A stretch of 64,000 nt of DNA from an uncultured Elusimicrobia bacterium (GTDB lineage: Bacteria > Elusimicrobiota > Elusimicrobia > UBA1565 > UBA9628). Positions 55,265 through 64,000 of this stretch are shown here, in pieces. The stretch's first letter is position 1; each line of letters opens with the position of its first letter. The position numbers and the translations under genes were made by a program. The stretch is from assembly GCA_964358485.1 (NCBI GenBank), contig CAYHPY010000009.1, forward strand, positions 294-64,293. The letters are read 5' to 3'. Below the pieces are notes generated by a model that was given only the letters and a program-made list of their open reading frames with translations, made no database searches and was not told the origin of the DNA.

Positions 55265-56736
55265 GCAAGGAAATCGTCCTGGCGCTCGATCAGGGCAGTT
55301 CGAGTTCCCGGGTTCTGGCGGTCGAATCCTCGGGGCGGGTGCTGGCGCGCGTTCAAAAACCCCTCAAGGCGTATTACCCCAAGCCGGGTTGGGTGGAGCA
55401 CGACGCCGAGGAAATTTTCCGCACCCAAACCCGGGCGCTCGACGAGGTCCTCCGGGCCCTCCCCCGCTCGGCGAACATCCTCGGCGCGGGGTTGGCCGCC
55501 CAACGCTCGACCGTGGTGCTTTGGGACCGGGAGACCGGCAAGTCCCCCTGCCGCGTTCCCAGTTGGCAGGACGGCCGCGCCGTTTCGGTCGTGGCGCCCC
55601 TGCAGGGACGCCAAGCCGAGGCGCACGAAAAAACCGGCCTTTATCTCACTCCGTATTACTCGGCCCCGAAAATCCGCTGGTTGTTGGACCACGAGCCCCA
55701 GGCGCGGAAACTCTTGGATCAGGGCCGGCTCATGATCGGCCCGGTCTCCAGCTATTTGATTTGGCGGCTGACCGGCGGCAAGGTCTTCGCCGTCGACCCT
55801 TCGATGGCCCAACGGATGATGCTGTTCAACCTCCGGACCTTCGATTGGGATCCGGACCTTCTGGAGCTGTTCAATATCCCGCGTTCCTGCCTCCCGGAAA
55901 TCCGCCCCTCGGCGGGGACCTGGGGCTCGTTCGAGCGCCTCGGCCGGAAAATCGACCTCCGGGCCTGTCTGGGGGACCAGCAATCGGCCACCTTGGGGCT
56001 GGGCGGGGTCTGCGAAGGCTCCTCAGTGGCCAACTACGGGACCGGGGCCTTCCTCCTTCTCAACACCGGTCCCCGTCAGCACCGCATCCCGGGGCTGTTG
56101 ACCTCGGTGGGCTGGTCCCGCGAGGGCGCGCCCCCCGTTTTCCTGGAGGAGGGCACCGTCCACGCGGCGGGGACTTCCTTCGATTGGCTTCGGGATAACC
56201 TCGGCCTTCTCAAAAAAAATTCCGACATCGATCGGCTGTGCCGGGCCTCCAAGCGGCGGGTTTGGGCCCTTCCCGCCATCGGCGGGCTGGGGGCGCCGCG
56301 TTGGGACTATCAAACGCGGACGGCGTTCTTCGGGCTGGATTCCCAGACGCGCCCGGAGGACCTGGTGCGCGGCGTGGCGGAGGGCTTGGCGTTTTTCATC
56401 TCCGACATCGCGGGGGCGATGCGCGGCGGCGGCCTGCAATTGCGCGAGGTGCGGGCCTCGGGCGGGCTGTCGCGAATTTCCTACTTGATCCAGTTCCAAG
56501 CGGATTTGCTGGGCCTGCCGATCACCCGCTGCCGCGAGGCGGAGGTCACCGCCCTGGGCGCGGCCTCTTTGGCCGTGGAGGCCGCCGGGGCCTCTTGGGC
56601 CGGGAAACTGCGAGGGACCGCCGAGGACCGCAAATTCGAACCGCTCCTGCCGGGCGCCGAGGCCGAAGCCTTGCGCCAAAACTGGAAGGCCTTCGTGGAA
56701 GCGCAGGTGGCGCTTAGTCGGCTCGTCCGAAACTGA
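55261..56736 (+). CDS. glpK: Glycerol kinase (FGGY family)
   Basis: LALDQGSSSSR, PGWVEHD, WQDGR, GDQQ, YGTGAFLL and GLGAPRWD. Confidence 0.82.
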   Translation: MSKEIVLALDQGSSSSRVLAVESSGRVLARVQKPLKAYYPKPGWVEHDAEEIFRTQTRALDEVLRALPRSANILGAGLAAQRSTVVLWDRETGKSPCRVPSWQDGRAVSVVAPLQGRQAEAHEKTGLYLTPYYSAPKIRWLLDHEPQARKLLDQGRLMIGPVSSYLIWRLTGGKVFAVDPSMAQRMMLFNLRTFDWDPDLLELFNIPRSCLPEIRPSAGTWGSFERLGRKIDLRACLGDQQSATLGLGGVCEGSSVANYGTGAFLLLNTGPRQHRIPGLLTSVGWSREGAPPVFLEEGTVHAAGTSFDWLRDNLGLLKKNSDIDRLCRASKRRVWALPAIGGLGAPRWDYQTRTAFFGLDSQTRPEDLVRGVAEGLAFFISDIAGAMRGGGLQLREVRASGGLSRISYLIQFQADLLGLPITRCREAEVTALGAASLAVEAAGASWAGKLRGTAEDRKFEPLLPGAEAEALRQNWKAFVEAQVALSRLVRN

Positions 56737-57493
56737 GGGTCCGCGTCAAGCCCAGACGGATGCCCCAGTCCGGCGAACGCGCGGTCGCCCCGCGGGTGAC
56801 GGCGCCGAAGTAGCGCCAGGGCCCCGCCCCCGGCTCCCAGGCGGCACCCCAGCGCATCATCGTGTAGCCGGGAAGGTAGCCCTTGCCGGTGGCCCCCTGG
56901 AGTTCGTTCATGACCTGCCAATCGGGGCTCAGGCGCAGCGCCGCGGCGACGCCGAAGGTCAGCACGTCGTTTTGAAGGCTGTACTGGGTGGGGTCGCCCA
57001 AAATCCCCAGGCCGAGGTTTCCGTCCAGCCGCCAGCGCCCGAGGGTCTTGGTTCCCAGCCCTTGAAAATGGAAGTCGACCTCGTCGGTGCCCAGGTCGCT
57101 TTGGTCGGAGGCGTTGGGCATCTTGACGCCCCAGCGCAGGCTCATGGCCGGACGGTTTTCCCGATCCTTGGCCGCGGCCCACTTGGTCCAGATGGTGAAG
57201 TCGCCGATCTCGGAGCGATCCCCCCCGGCGTCCGGGTAAGCCCAGACTTGGACCGGGCCGCTGAGCTTGAATTCGACCGTCTCGGCCAAGCCGTAGCGAA
57301 TCCCCAGGACCGGGCCGGTGATGAGCATCCCCTCGGGGGAGTGGTAGCGCACATGGGGAGTCTGCTCGGCGTCCAAATAGGTTTCCAGGGTGAGGTCCCC
57401 CTTTTTGGAGGCCTCGGCGCTTTCGGTCGTCATCGGCAGGACTGAAGTCGCGCCGGCCCAGGCGGCGAAAAGCAAGAGCCCGGCGGAAATCAT
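56714..57493 (-). CDS. Putative outer-membrane beta-barrel protein
   Basis: Signal peptide; IRYGLAETVE, IGDFTIWTKW and LGTDEVD; amphipathic strands. Confidence 0.65.
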   Translation of the reverse strand: MISAGLLLFAAWAGATSVLPMTTESAEASKKGDLTLETYLDAEQTPHVRYHSPEGMLITGPVLGIRYGLAETVEFKLSGPVQVWAYPDAGGDRSEIGDFTIWTKWAAAKDRENRPAMSLRWGVKMPNASDQSDLGTDEVDFHFQGLGTKTLGRWRLDGNLGLGILGDPTQYSLQNDVLTFGVAAALRLSPDWQVMNELQGATGKGYLPGYTMMRWGAAWEPGAGPWRYFGAVTRGATARSPDWGIRLGLTRTLSFGRAD

Positions 57494-59232
57494 GGCTCGA
57501 CGGGCGCCGGCGCGAGCTGTTGGAATTTGTAGAGCGTGGCGTAGACCCCGTTTTTGGCCAGCAGTTCGGCGTGGGGGCCGCTCTCGGCCACCTCGCCTTG
57601 ATGCAGGACCAGCACCCGTCCGGCGTTTTTGAGGGTGGACAGGCGGTGGGCGATGGTGATCACGGTGCGGCCGCGCGCCAGGGAGTCGAGGGCGCCCTGC
57701 ACGCTGCGCTCGCTGCCGGTGTCGAGGTTCGAGGTGGCCTCATCGAGGATGAGGATCGACGGGTCCTTGAGCACGGCGCGGGCGATGGCGATCCGCTGGC
57801 GCTGGCCGCCGGATAGGCGCAGGGCGCGGTCGCCGAGCGGGGTCTGCAGGCCGTTGGGAAGCTCGTCGATGAAGGAAGCGGCGTCGGCCACCTCCAAGGC
57901 GGCGCGGATCTGGGCTTCGGTGGCGCCGGGGCGGCTCAAGGCCACGTTGCCGGAGACGGTATCGTTGAAGAGCACGGTCTCCTGGGTGACCAGTCCCACA
58001 TGCCCGCGCCAGGAAGAGATGGAGTATTCCCGGAGGTCCTTGCCGTCCACCAAGATCTCGCCTTCCAGCGGATCGAAGAGCCGGAGCAGAAGGTGGACCA
58101 GGGTGGTTTTTCCGGAGCCGCTCGGGCCAGCCACGCCCAGGATCTCCCCGGCCCCGATGCGCAGGTTCACGCCGCGCAGGGCCCAAGCCTCGCGCTCCGG
58201 ATATCGGAACGAGACGTTTCGAAATTCGATTCCCTTTTGCAGGCGCGAGAACACCGCCGGGGCCGCCGACTCCCGGACGGTGGGCTTCTCGTCCAAAATG
58301 GAGAAGATTCGTTCGGAGGCGGATAGGGCCATCTGCAGGGTGGAATTGAGCTGGGAGAGGTTCTTGATCGGGGCGTAGGCCGCGAAGAAGGAACCCAGGA
58401 AGGTGAAGAAGGCGCCGGGGGTCATCCGTTCCTTGATGATCGCCCAGCCGGCCTGGTAGACGATGCAGGCGAGAATCAGGCTTCCCAGGAACTCCATCAA
58501 GGGGCCGGAGATCGCGGTGGCGCGGAAATAGCGCATCATCTGCTCGAAGAAGAGGGCGTTCTCCTTGTCGAATTTCTCGATGGCGCCCTGCTCGTAGTTG
58601 AAAGCTTTGACCACCAGCATGCCCTGGAGGCTTTCCTGGAAGCGGTGGTAGATCTCGCCCATGATCTCCTGGCTGCGCTTGCTGGCGCCCCGGAGCTTGC
58701 GCCCGAGCACCGCCAGCACTCCCCCCGCCACCGGGATGGCGATGATCGCGATGAGGGCGAACTTCCAGTAGAGATAGAACATCACGAAGAGCAGGACGAT
58801 CACGGTGAGGGTGTCGCGCACCAGGTAGAGCGGGACGAAGTGGAGCCCCGACTGAAGGTTGGACAGGTCGTTGGTCAGGCGGGAGAGGATTTCGCCGGAT
58901 TTGCGCTTCCAGAAAAAATCCATGGAGAGGGCGTGCATGTGGCGGAAGAGGTCCTCCCGCAGCTTTTGTGTGATCCGCTGGCCCAGCCAGCTCATGAGGT
59001 AGCTCTGGGTGTAGGTCAGGATCATCTTGAGGAAGAAGACCAGGGGGATGACCGCCACCAAGGTCTTGAGCATCTGGGGGTCGCGGCTGATGAAAACGTA
59101 GTCGACGGCGGGTTTTAGGATCCAAACGGAGAGGCCGTTGAGGATCGCGACGAAAAACATCACCACGCAGGCCTGGATGAAGCGGCCCCGATGGGGCGCC
59201 AGGTAGGGGCGCAGACGCTCGACGCCGTTCAT
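57490..59232 (-). CDS. MsbA-like ABC exporter (fused permease/ATPase)
   Basis: Six-TM domain; GPSGSGKTT, LSGGQRQRIAIAR and LDEATSNLD. Confidence 0.9.
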   Translation of the reverse strand: MNGVERLRPYLAPHRGRFIQACVVMFFVAILNGLSVWILKPAVDYVFISRDPQMLKTLVAVIPLVFFLKMILTYTQSYLMSWLGQRITQKLREDLFRHMHALSMDFFWKRKSGEILSRLTNDLSNLQSGLHFVPLYLVRDTLTVIVLLFVMFYLYWKFALIAIIAIPVAGGVLAVLGRKLRGASKRSQEIMGEIYHRFQESLQGMLVVKAFNYEQGAIEKFDKENALFFEQMMRYFRATAISGPLMEFLGSLILACIVYQAGWAIIKERMTPGAFFTFLGSFFAAYAPIKNLSQLNSTLQMALSASERIFSILDEKPTVRESAAPAVFSRLQKGIEFRNVSFRYPEREAWALRGVNLRIGAGEILGVAGPSGSGKTTLVHLLLRLFDPLEGEILVDGKDLREYSISSWRGHVGLVTQETVLFNDTVSGNVALSRPGATEAQIRAALEVADAASFIDELPNGLQTPLGDRALRLSGGQRQRIAIARAVLKDPSILILDEATSNLDTGSERSVQGALDSLARGRTVITIAHRLSTLKNAGRVLVLHQGEVAESGPHAELLAKNGVYATLYKFQQLAPAPVEP

Positions 59233-60392
59233 CGTTCCATAGCCGAGGCGATCCGCGCCAATCCTTTTTTGATGTTGGCCACCGAATTGGCGTAGGAGAA
59301 GCGAAGGTACCCCTCGCCGTGGGCTCCGAACGAGGTCCCCGGAAGGCAGGCCACCCCGGCCTTGTCCAAAAGCAGGTCGGCCAGCTCCTTGGACTTCATT
59401 CCGGTTCCCCGAATGTTCGGAAAAGCGTAGAAGGCCGCCTCCGGCATGCGGCAGGAAAATCCGGGGATTTTATTGAGCCCCGCGACGATCGTTTTCCGAC
59501 GGCGGTCGAATTCCCGGACCATGCGGCGGACCGGCTCCTGAGGCCCCTCCAGGGCGGCGATCAGGGCCTGTTGGGCGAAGGAGGCCGTGCAGGAATGACT
59601 GTTGGTGGCCAGCCGCGACATGGCGGCGATCAGGGGGCGGGGCGCGGCGCCAAATCCCAGCCGCCAGCCGGTCATCGCGTAGGTTTTCGAGAGGCCGTCC
59701 AGGACGATGACCCGGTCCTTGAGGCCGGGAAATTGAGACAAGGAATGGACCTTGCCGCCGTAGGTCACCCGGGAATAAATCTCATCGGAGAGGACCATGA
59801 CTTCAGGGTAGCGCTTGACAAGCCGGGCGATTGCCGAAAGCTGCCGTTCTCCCAGGACTCCACCGGTCGGATTGGCGGGAGAGTTGAGGATGAGCAGGCG
59901 GGTGCGCCGGCTGAAAAGGCCTTCGAGTTCCTTGACGTCCAGCGAGAAGCCGTTTTCCTCCCGGACCGGGATGGGCACGGCCTTGCCGCCGACGAAATTG
60001 ATGAGGGACTCGTAGATGGGAAAGCCGGGGTTGGGGTAGATGACCTCGTCTCCGGGATCGACCAGGGCCATGACGGCGAAGGTCATGATCGGCTTGGCCC
60101 CCGGGGTGATGATGATTTCCTCGGGGTCCCAACGCACCCCTCGGGTCCGGCTGAGATACCGCGCCACCGCCGCCCGGGCCTCGGGCAGGCCGGCGGCGGG
60201 GCCGTAATGGGTCCACCCCTCGTCGAGGGCCCGTTTGGCCCGGGCGCGGATGTGGGCGGGGGTGTCGAAATCGGGCTCTCCGATCTCCAGGTGAACGATG
60301 TCCCGGCCCTTGGCCTCCAGGGCCTTGGCGCGGGCCAGGACCTCGAAGGCGGTCTCGGTTCCGAGGCGGGACATCCAGCGGGCCAGGCGCAT
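59229..60392 (-). CDS. Class I/II PLP aminotransferase (aspartate aminotransferase-like)
   Basis: IGEPDFDTP, NSPANPTG, SDEIY and SKTYAMTGWRLG. Confidence 0.95.
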   Translation of the reverse strand: MRLARWMSRLGTETAFEVLARAKALEAKGRDIVHLEIGEPDFDTPAHIRARAKRALDEGWTHYGPAAGLPEARAAVARYLSRTRGVRWDPEEIIITPGAKPIMTFAVMALVDPGDEVIYPNPGFPIYESLINFVGGKAVPIPVREENGFSLDVKELEGLFSRRTRLLILNSPANPTGGVLGERQLSAIARLVKRYPEVMVLSDEIYSRVTYGGKVHSLSQFPGLKDRVIVLDGLSKTYAMTGWRLGFGAAPRPLIAAMSRLATNSHSCTASFAQQALIAALEGPQEPVRRMVREFDRRRKTIVAGLNKIPGFSCRMPEAAFYAFPNIRGTGMKSKELADLLLDKAGVACLPGTSFGAHGEGYLRFSYANSVANIKKGLARIASAMER

Positions 60393-60434
60393 CAGAGGAT
60401 TGTCCCGAATTGGGGGCGGGCGGTCAAGGACGCC

Positions 60435-60863
60435 TCAGTAGGCGGTCCAAGCGCTTCCTTTGCTGTCGGTGTGGGTGCAGTCGATCCAGAGGGCCCCGAA
60501 ATTGGAGTTGGCGGAGACGTTGTTGTAGCCCCAGCCGTTGGTGTCGGCACGAACCGCGCCTTCGGCGACCGCCGCGGTTTTGGCGTGGTAATTGGGGACT
60601 CTAATTTCCGGAAATGTTTTTATATACCTGGCGGAGACGGTCAGCACCCCCAAGGAGCTCGGAAACTGGCCGTCGAGATCGGCGTAATAGATGGAGAGCG
60701 CGGACCGCATGGCCCCCAGGTTTCCGTAGACGTTGCCTTCGTTGGATTTTCTCAGGAGGTCGGCGTATTTGACCATGGCGATGCTCGAAAGGATGCCGAT
60801 GATCACCACCACGATCATCAACTCGGCGAGGGTAAAGCCGGAGCGGGCCGCTTTCGATTTCAT
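60435..60863 (-). CDS. Type IV pilin / pseudopilin-like protein
   Basis: Prepilin motif SG|FTLAELMIVVVIIGILSSIA. Confidence 0.9.
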   Translation of the reverse strand: MKSKAARSGFTLAELMIVVVIIGILSSIAMVKYADLLRKSNEGNVYGNLGAMRSALSIYYADLDGQFPSSLGVLTVSARYIKTFPEIRVPNYHAKTAAVAEGAVRADTNGWGYNNVSANSNFGALWIDCTHTDSKGSAWTAY

Positions 60864-60946
60864 GGGGTTTTCTCTTCCGCGGCCCGATTGACTCCCTCGA
60901 GCGGGGAATGGTATCTTACAAAAACCGCTCCCTGGAGGGAATAACG

Positions 60947-62458
60947 ATGACGACGACGGCCGCTCCCTTGGTTCATCCCGACGTTCAGAAATTCCTGTCC
61001 GCCGCGCCCAAAAATCTCCTGATCGGCGGCCGATGGGAACCCGCCTCCTCGGGCAAAACTTTCGAGACTCTCAATCCCGCCGACGGCACCTCCCTGGCCC
61101 AAGTGGCCGAGGGCGGAGCGCAGGACATCGACCGGGCCGTCGCGGCCGCCCGCAAGGCCCTGACGGGACCCTGGTCCAAGCTGTCCCCGGCGGAACGCGA
61201 GAAAGTCCTGCACCGCCTGGCCGACCTGGTGGAAAAACACGGCGAAGAACTGGCCCAGCTCGAGACTTTGGACAACGGCAAGACCATCCGGGAGGCCAAG
61301 GGCGGTGACCTGCCGCTGGCCATCGGCCTTCTGCGCTACTTCGCCGGTTGGCCCACCAAGATCACGGGGGAAACGGTCCCGGTCAGCGTCCCGTATTATC
61401 CGGGCGCCAAGTTCTTCCATTACACGGTGCGGGAACCCGTCGGCGTCGTTGGGGCCATCATCCCCTGGAATTTCCCCCTGCTCATGGCGGTGGAGCGCAT
61501 CGCGCCGGTCCTGGCCTGCGGCAATACTCTGGTTCTCAAACCCGCCGAGCAAACCCCTCTGTCGGCCCTGCGTCTGGGCGAGCTTATTCTTGAGGCCGGC
61601 ATCCCCGAGGGCGTGGTCAACGTGGTGCCCGGCTTCGGGCCCACCGCCGGGGCGGCCCTGGCCTCCCATCCGGGAGTGGACAAGATCACCTTCACGGGCT
61701 CGACCGAGGTCGGCCGGGAGATCGTCAAGGCTTCCGCCGGAAACCTCAAGCGCCTGTCCCTGGAATTGGGCGGCAAGTCCCCCAATATCGTCTTCGCCGA
61801 CGCCGACCTGGAAGCCGCGGCCAAGGGGATGTTCATGGGCATCTTCTACAACCAGGGCCAGTGCTGTTCGGCCGGCTCCCGGGTCTTCGTGGAAAAATCC
61901 AAATTCGACGGCCTCGTGGACGCGCTGGTCCAACGGGCCAAGACGGTCCGCCAGGGCCCCGGCATCGACCCCAAGACCCAGATGGGGCCGCTGGTCTCGG
62001 CCGAGCAGCAGAAGCGGGTACTGGGCTATGTCGAAGCGGGGCGCAAGGAAGGCGCGCGCCTGCTCTGCGGCGGAGAGAAGGGGGCCGGGACGGGGTACTT
62101 CGTTCAGCCCACGGTCTTCACCGACGTCAAGGACGAGATGCGGATTTCCCGCGAGGAGATCTTCGGCCCCGTGCTGACGGTCTCCCCATTCGAATCGATG
62201 GACGAGGTGGTGGGACGCGCCAACGGCACCGACTACGGCCTGGTGGCCGGGGTTTGGACCAAGGACGTCAAGAAGGCCCACCAGATGGCCCAGGCCCTGA
62301 AGGCGGGCACCGTCTGGATCAACTGCTACCATTTCGTCGACGCGGCGGCCCCCTGGGGCGGCGTCAAGCAGAGCGGGTACGGAAGGGAGAAGGGGCAGTA
62401 CGCTTTGGAAAATTACACGCAACTGAAATCGGTTTGGGTTGATCTCAATGACCGCTGA
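60947..62458 (+). CDS. Aldehyde dehydrogenase
   Basis: IIPWNFP, FTGSTEVG, LELGGKSP, NQGQCC and EEIFGPV. Confidence 0.96.
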   Translation: MTTTAAPLVHPDVQKFLSAAPKNLLIGGRWEPASSGKTFETLNPADGTSLAQVAEGGAQDIDRAVAAARKALTGPWSKLSPAEREKVLHRLADLVEKHGEELAQLETLDNGKTIREAKGGDLPLAIGLLRYFAGWPTKITGETVPVSVPYYPGAKFFHYTVREPVGVVGAIIPWNFPLLMAVERIAPVLACGNTLVLKPAEQTPLSALRLGELILEAGIPEGVVNVVPGFGPTAGAALASHPGVDKITFTGSTEVGREIVKASAGNLKRLSLELGGKSPNIVFADADLEAAAKGMFMGIFYNQGQCCSAGSRVFVEKSKFDGLVDALVQRAKTVRQGPGIDPKTQMGPLVSAEQQKRVLGYVEAGRKEGARLLCGGEKGAGTGYFVQPTVFTDVKDEMRISREEIFGPVLTVSPFESMDEVVGRANGTDYGLVAGVWTKDVKKAHQMAQALKAGTVWINCYHFVDAAAPWGGVKQSGYGREKGQYALENYTQLKSVWVDLNDR

Positions 62459-63248
62459 ACAAGCGGCCGCCGCTCAGGCGGCCGCGGAGATCATTGTCGT
62501 TAAAGAAAGTTCCGTTGCCATTATTTCGTTAAATCGCCCCAAAGCGATGAACGCCCTGAACCACTCGTTAATGAGAAGTCTTTCGGCCGCCTTGGACGAG
62601 TTGGAAAGAGATAACGAAACCCGTGCGATTGTAATCACTGGCGGGCCGAAAGTATTTGCCGCCGGGGCCGACATCAAGGAGATGGAAAACGCCACCGTCG
62701 CCGAGATGACCGTGGACGACTATCTGTCCCATTGGGACCGGGTCGCGCGCTTTCCCAAGCCCGTGATCGCGGCGGTGGGCGGGGCGGCGTTGGGCGGAGG
62801 CTGCGAATTGGCCCTGGCCTGCGACCTGATCGTGGCCGGGGAGCACGCCTCGTTCGGCCAGCCGGAGATTCTCATCGGGGTGATTCCCGGCGCGGGCGGC
62901 ACCCAGCGCCTGACCCGGATTCTGGGAAAGCAGAGGGCCATGGAACTGATTTTGACCGGCCGGAGGCTCAATGCCCGCGAGGCCCTGGCCTGGGGCCTGG
63001 TCAACCGGGTGGCTCCCGCCGAATCCTTTTTGGACGAGGCCAAGGCCCTCGCCAAGGAAATCGCGGCCAAAGCGCCGCTGGCGGCGCGCCTGGCCAAATC
63101 CGCCGTCTTGCGGGCGCAGGACGGCGATCTGGCCGGCGGCGTGGATTACGAGCGGCGCCTGTTCTGGTCGCTGTTCGCCACCGAAGATCAGAAGGAAGGC
63201 ATGAAGGCTTTCTCGGAGAAAAGGGCTCCCCTTTTCAAAGGCAAATGA
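62448..63248 (+). CDS. Enoyl-CoA hydratase (PaaF-like)
   Basis: FAAGADIKEM, ALGGGCEL and FGQPEILIGVIPGAGGTQRL. Confidence 0.92.
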   Translation: MTAEQAAAAQAAAEIIVVKESSVAIISLNRPKAMNALNHSLMRSLSAALDELERDNETRAIVITGGPKVFAAGADIKEMENATVAEMTVDDYLSHWDRVARFPKPVIAAVGGAALGGGCELALACDLIVAGEHASFGQPEILIGVIPGAGGTQRLTRILGKQRAMELILTGRRLNAREALAWGLVNRVAPAESFLDEAKALAKEIAAKAPLAARLAKSAVLRAQDGDLAGGVDYERRLFWSLFATEDQKEGMKAFSEKRAPLFKGK

Positions 63249-64000
63249 GCGAAACCGCGGCGGCGCAAACCGAGGAACAGCTTCTCATCGTCGAGGCGGG
63301 CGGGGTCATGACTTTGACCCTCAACCGCCCGAAGGTCCTCAATTCCCTGACTTTGGGAATGCTCAAGGGCCTCATGGACGCCCTCAAATCCGCCGAAAAG
63401 CGGCCCGAGATTCGCTGCGTCGTCATCACCGCGACGGGCCGGGCCTTCTGCGCCGGGGCCGACCTCGGGGATTTGCGCAAGCGCCAGACGGAAGCTCCCT
63501 TTTCCCTCGGCGAGGAGCTTCAGGGCCATTTCAATCCGCTCATCCAGCAGATCCGCCGCATGGAAAAACCGGTTCTGGGCGCGGTCAACGGCCTGGCCGC
63601 GGGCGCCGGGGCCAGCTTGATCCTGGCCTGCGACATCAAGGTCGCCGCCGAGGAGGCCTCCTTCATCTGCGCCTTCGTCCGGGTGGGCCTGGTGCCCGAT
63701 TCCGGGATGACCTGGATGCTGCCGCGGACCCTGGGCCTCTCCAAGGCGCTGGAGCACGCCTGGACCGCCCAGCCCATCACGGCCCAGCAGGCGTTGGAGG
63801 CGGGGCTGGTCAATCACGTCGTGCCGCCCTACCGGTTGGAGGCGACCACGCTGGCCTTGGCCGCCAAGCTCGTGGAGGCCCCGCCCCGGGCGGTGGCGCT
63901 CACCAAGCGGGTGATGAACCGGTCCTGGGAGAACTCCTTGGACGCCCAGCTTGAGTATGAGGCTCAGTTGCAGGAAGTTTTGGGTAAAACGAAGGACCAC
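63245..64000 (+). CDS. Crotonase-family isomerase (PaaG-like), runs off the window edge
   Basis: Hand translation: LTLNRPKVLNSL, FCAGADL, AAGAGASL and AFVRVGLVPDSG. Confidence 0.85.
   Translation, partial: MSETAAAQTEEQLLIVEAGGVMTLTLNRPKVLNSLTLGMLKGLMDALKSAEKRPEIRCVVITATGRAFCAGADLGDLRKRQTEAPFSLGEELQGHFNPLIQQIRRMEKPVLGAVNGLAAGAGASLILACDIKVAAEEASFICAFVRVGLVPDSGMTWMLPRTLGLSKALEHAWTAQPITAQQALEAGLVNHVVPPYRLEATTLALAAKLVEAPPRAVALTKRVMNRSWENSLDAQLEYEAQLQEVLGKTKDH

Overview
GC-rich bacterial chromosomal window with about 62 CDSs and no rRNA, tRNA, CRISPR array, integrase or transposase that I could recognise. The many signal-peptide orphan genes, a lone pilin-like gene and long-form ispG suggest a diderm such as Elusimicrobiota, but that is inference only. 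Recognisable genes include an adenosine/adenine deaminase, ispG, a lipase maturation factor, two ABC export systems (one TetR-controlled TolC-MFP-ABC), GH57 plus glgB, a C-terminally truncated aas, an acyl desaturase, an M3 oligopeptidase, an ECF sigma/anti-sigma/RseB-like/radC operon, an Fe-S PD-(D/E)XK nuclease, glpK, an MsbA-like exporter, an aminotransferase, ALDH and paaF/paaG-like crotonases. There are four toxin-antitoxin loci (two HicAB, one VapBC, one orphan antidote). The strongest unexplained signals are non-coding. (1) A 16-bp pseudo-palindromic box (WGGGYC-N4-GRCCYW) lies 22 nt upstream of a -10-like hexamer in front of seven genes (23 nt in an eighth), all encoding predicted exported proteins, often in tandem at 23-24 bp: a candidate activator-controlled secretome regulon. 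(2) Many genes have leaderless-type promoters (TANNNT-N6-start). (3) A REP-like repeat family brackets a TA-rich, cassette-like island. (4) A structured 135-nt leader with a kissing loop lies next to a 28-bp dif-like palindrome. (5) Four 11-bp-phased boxes lie between a sensorless histidine kinase and the ECF sigma operon. All calls come from reading the sequence by eye; no database search was run.
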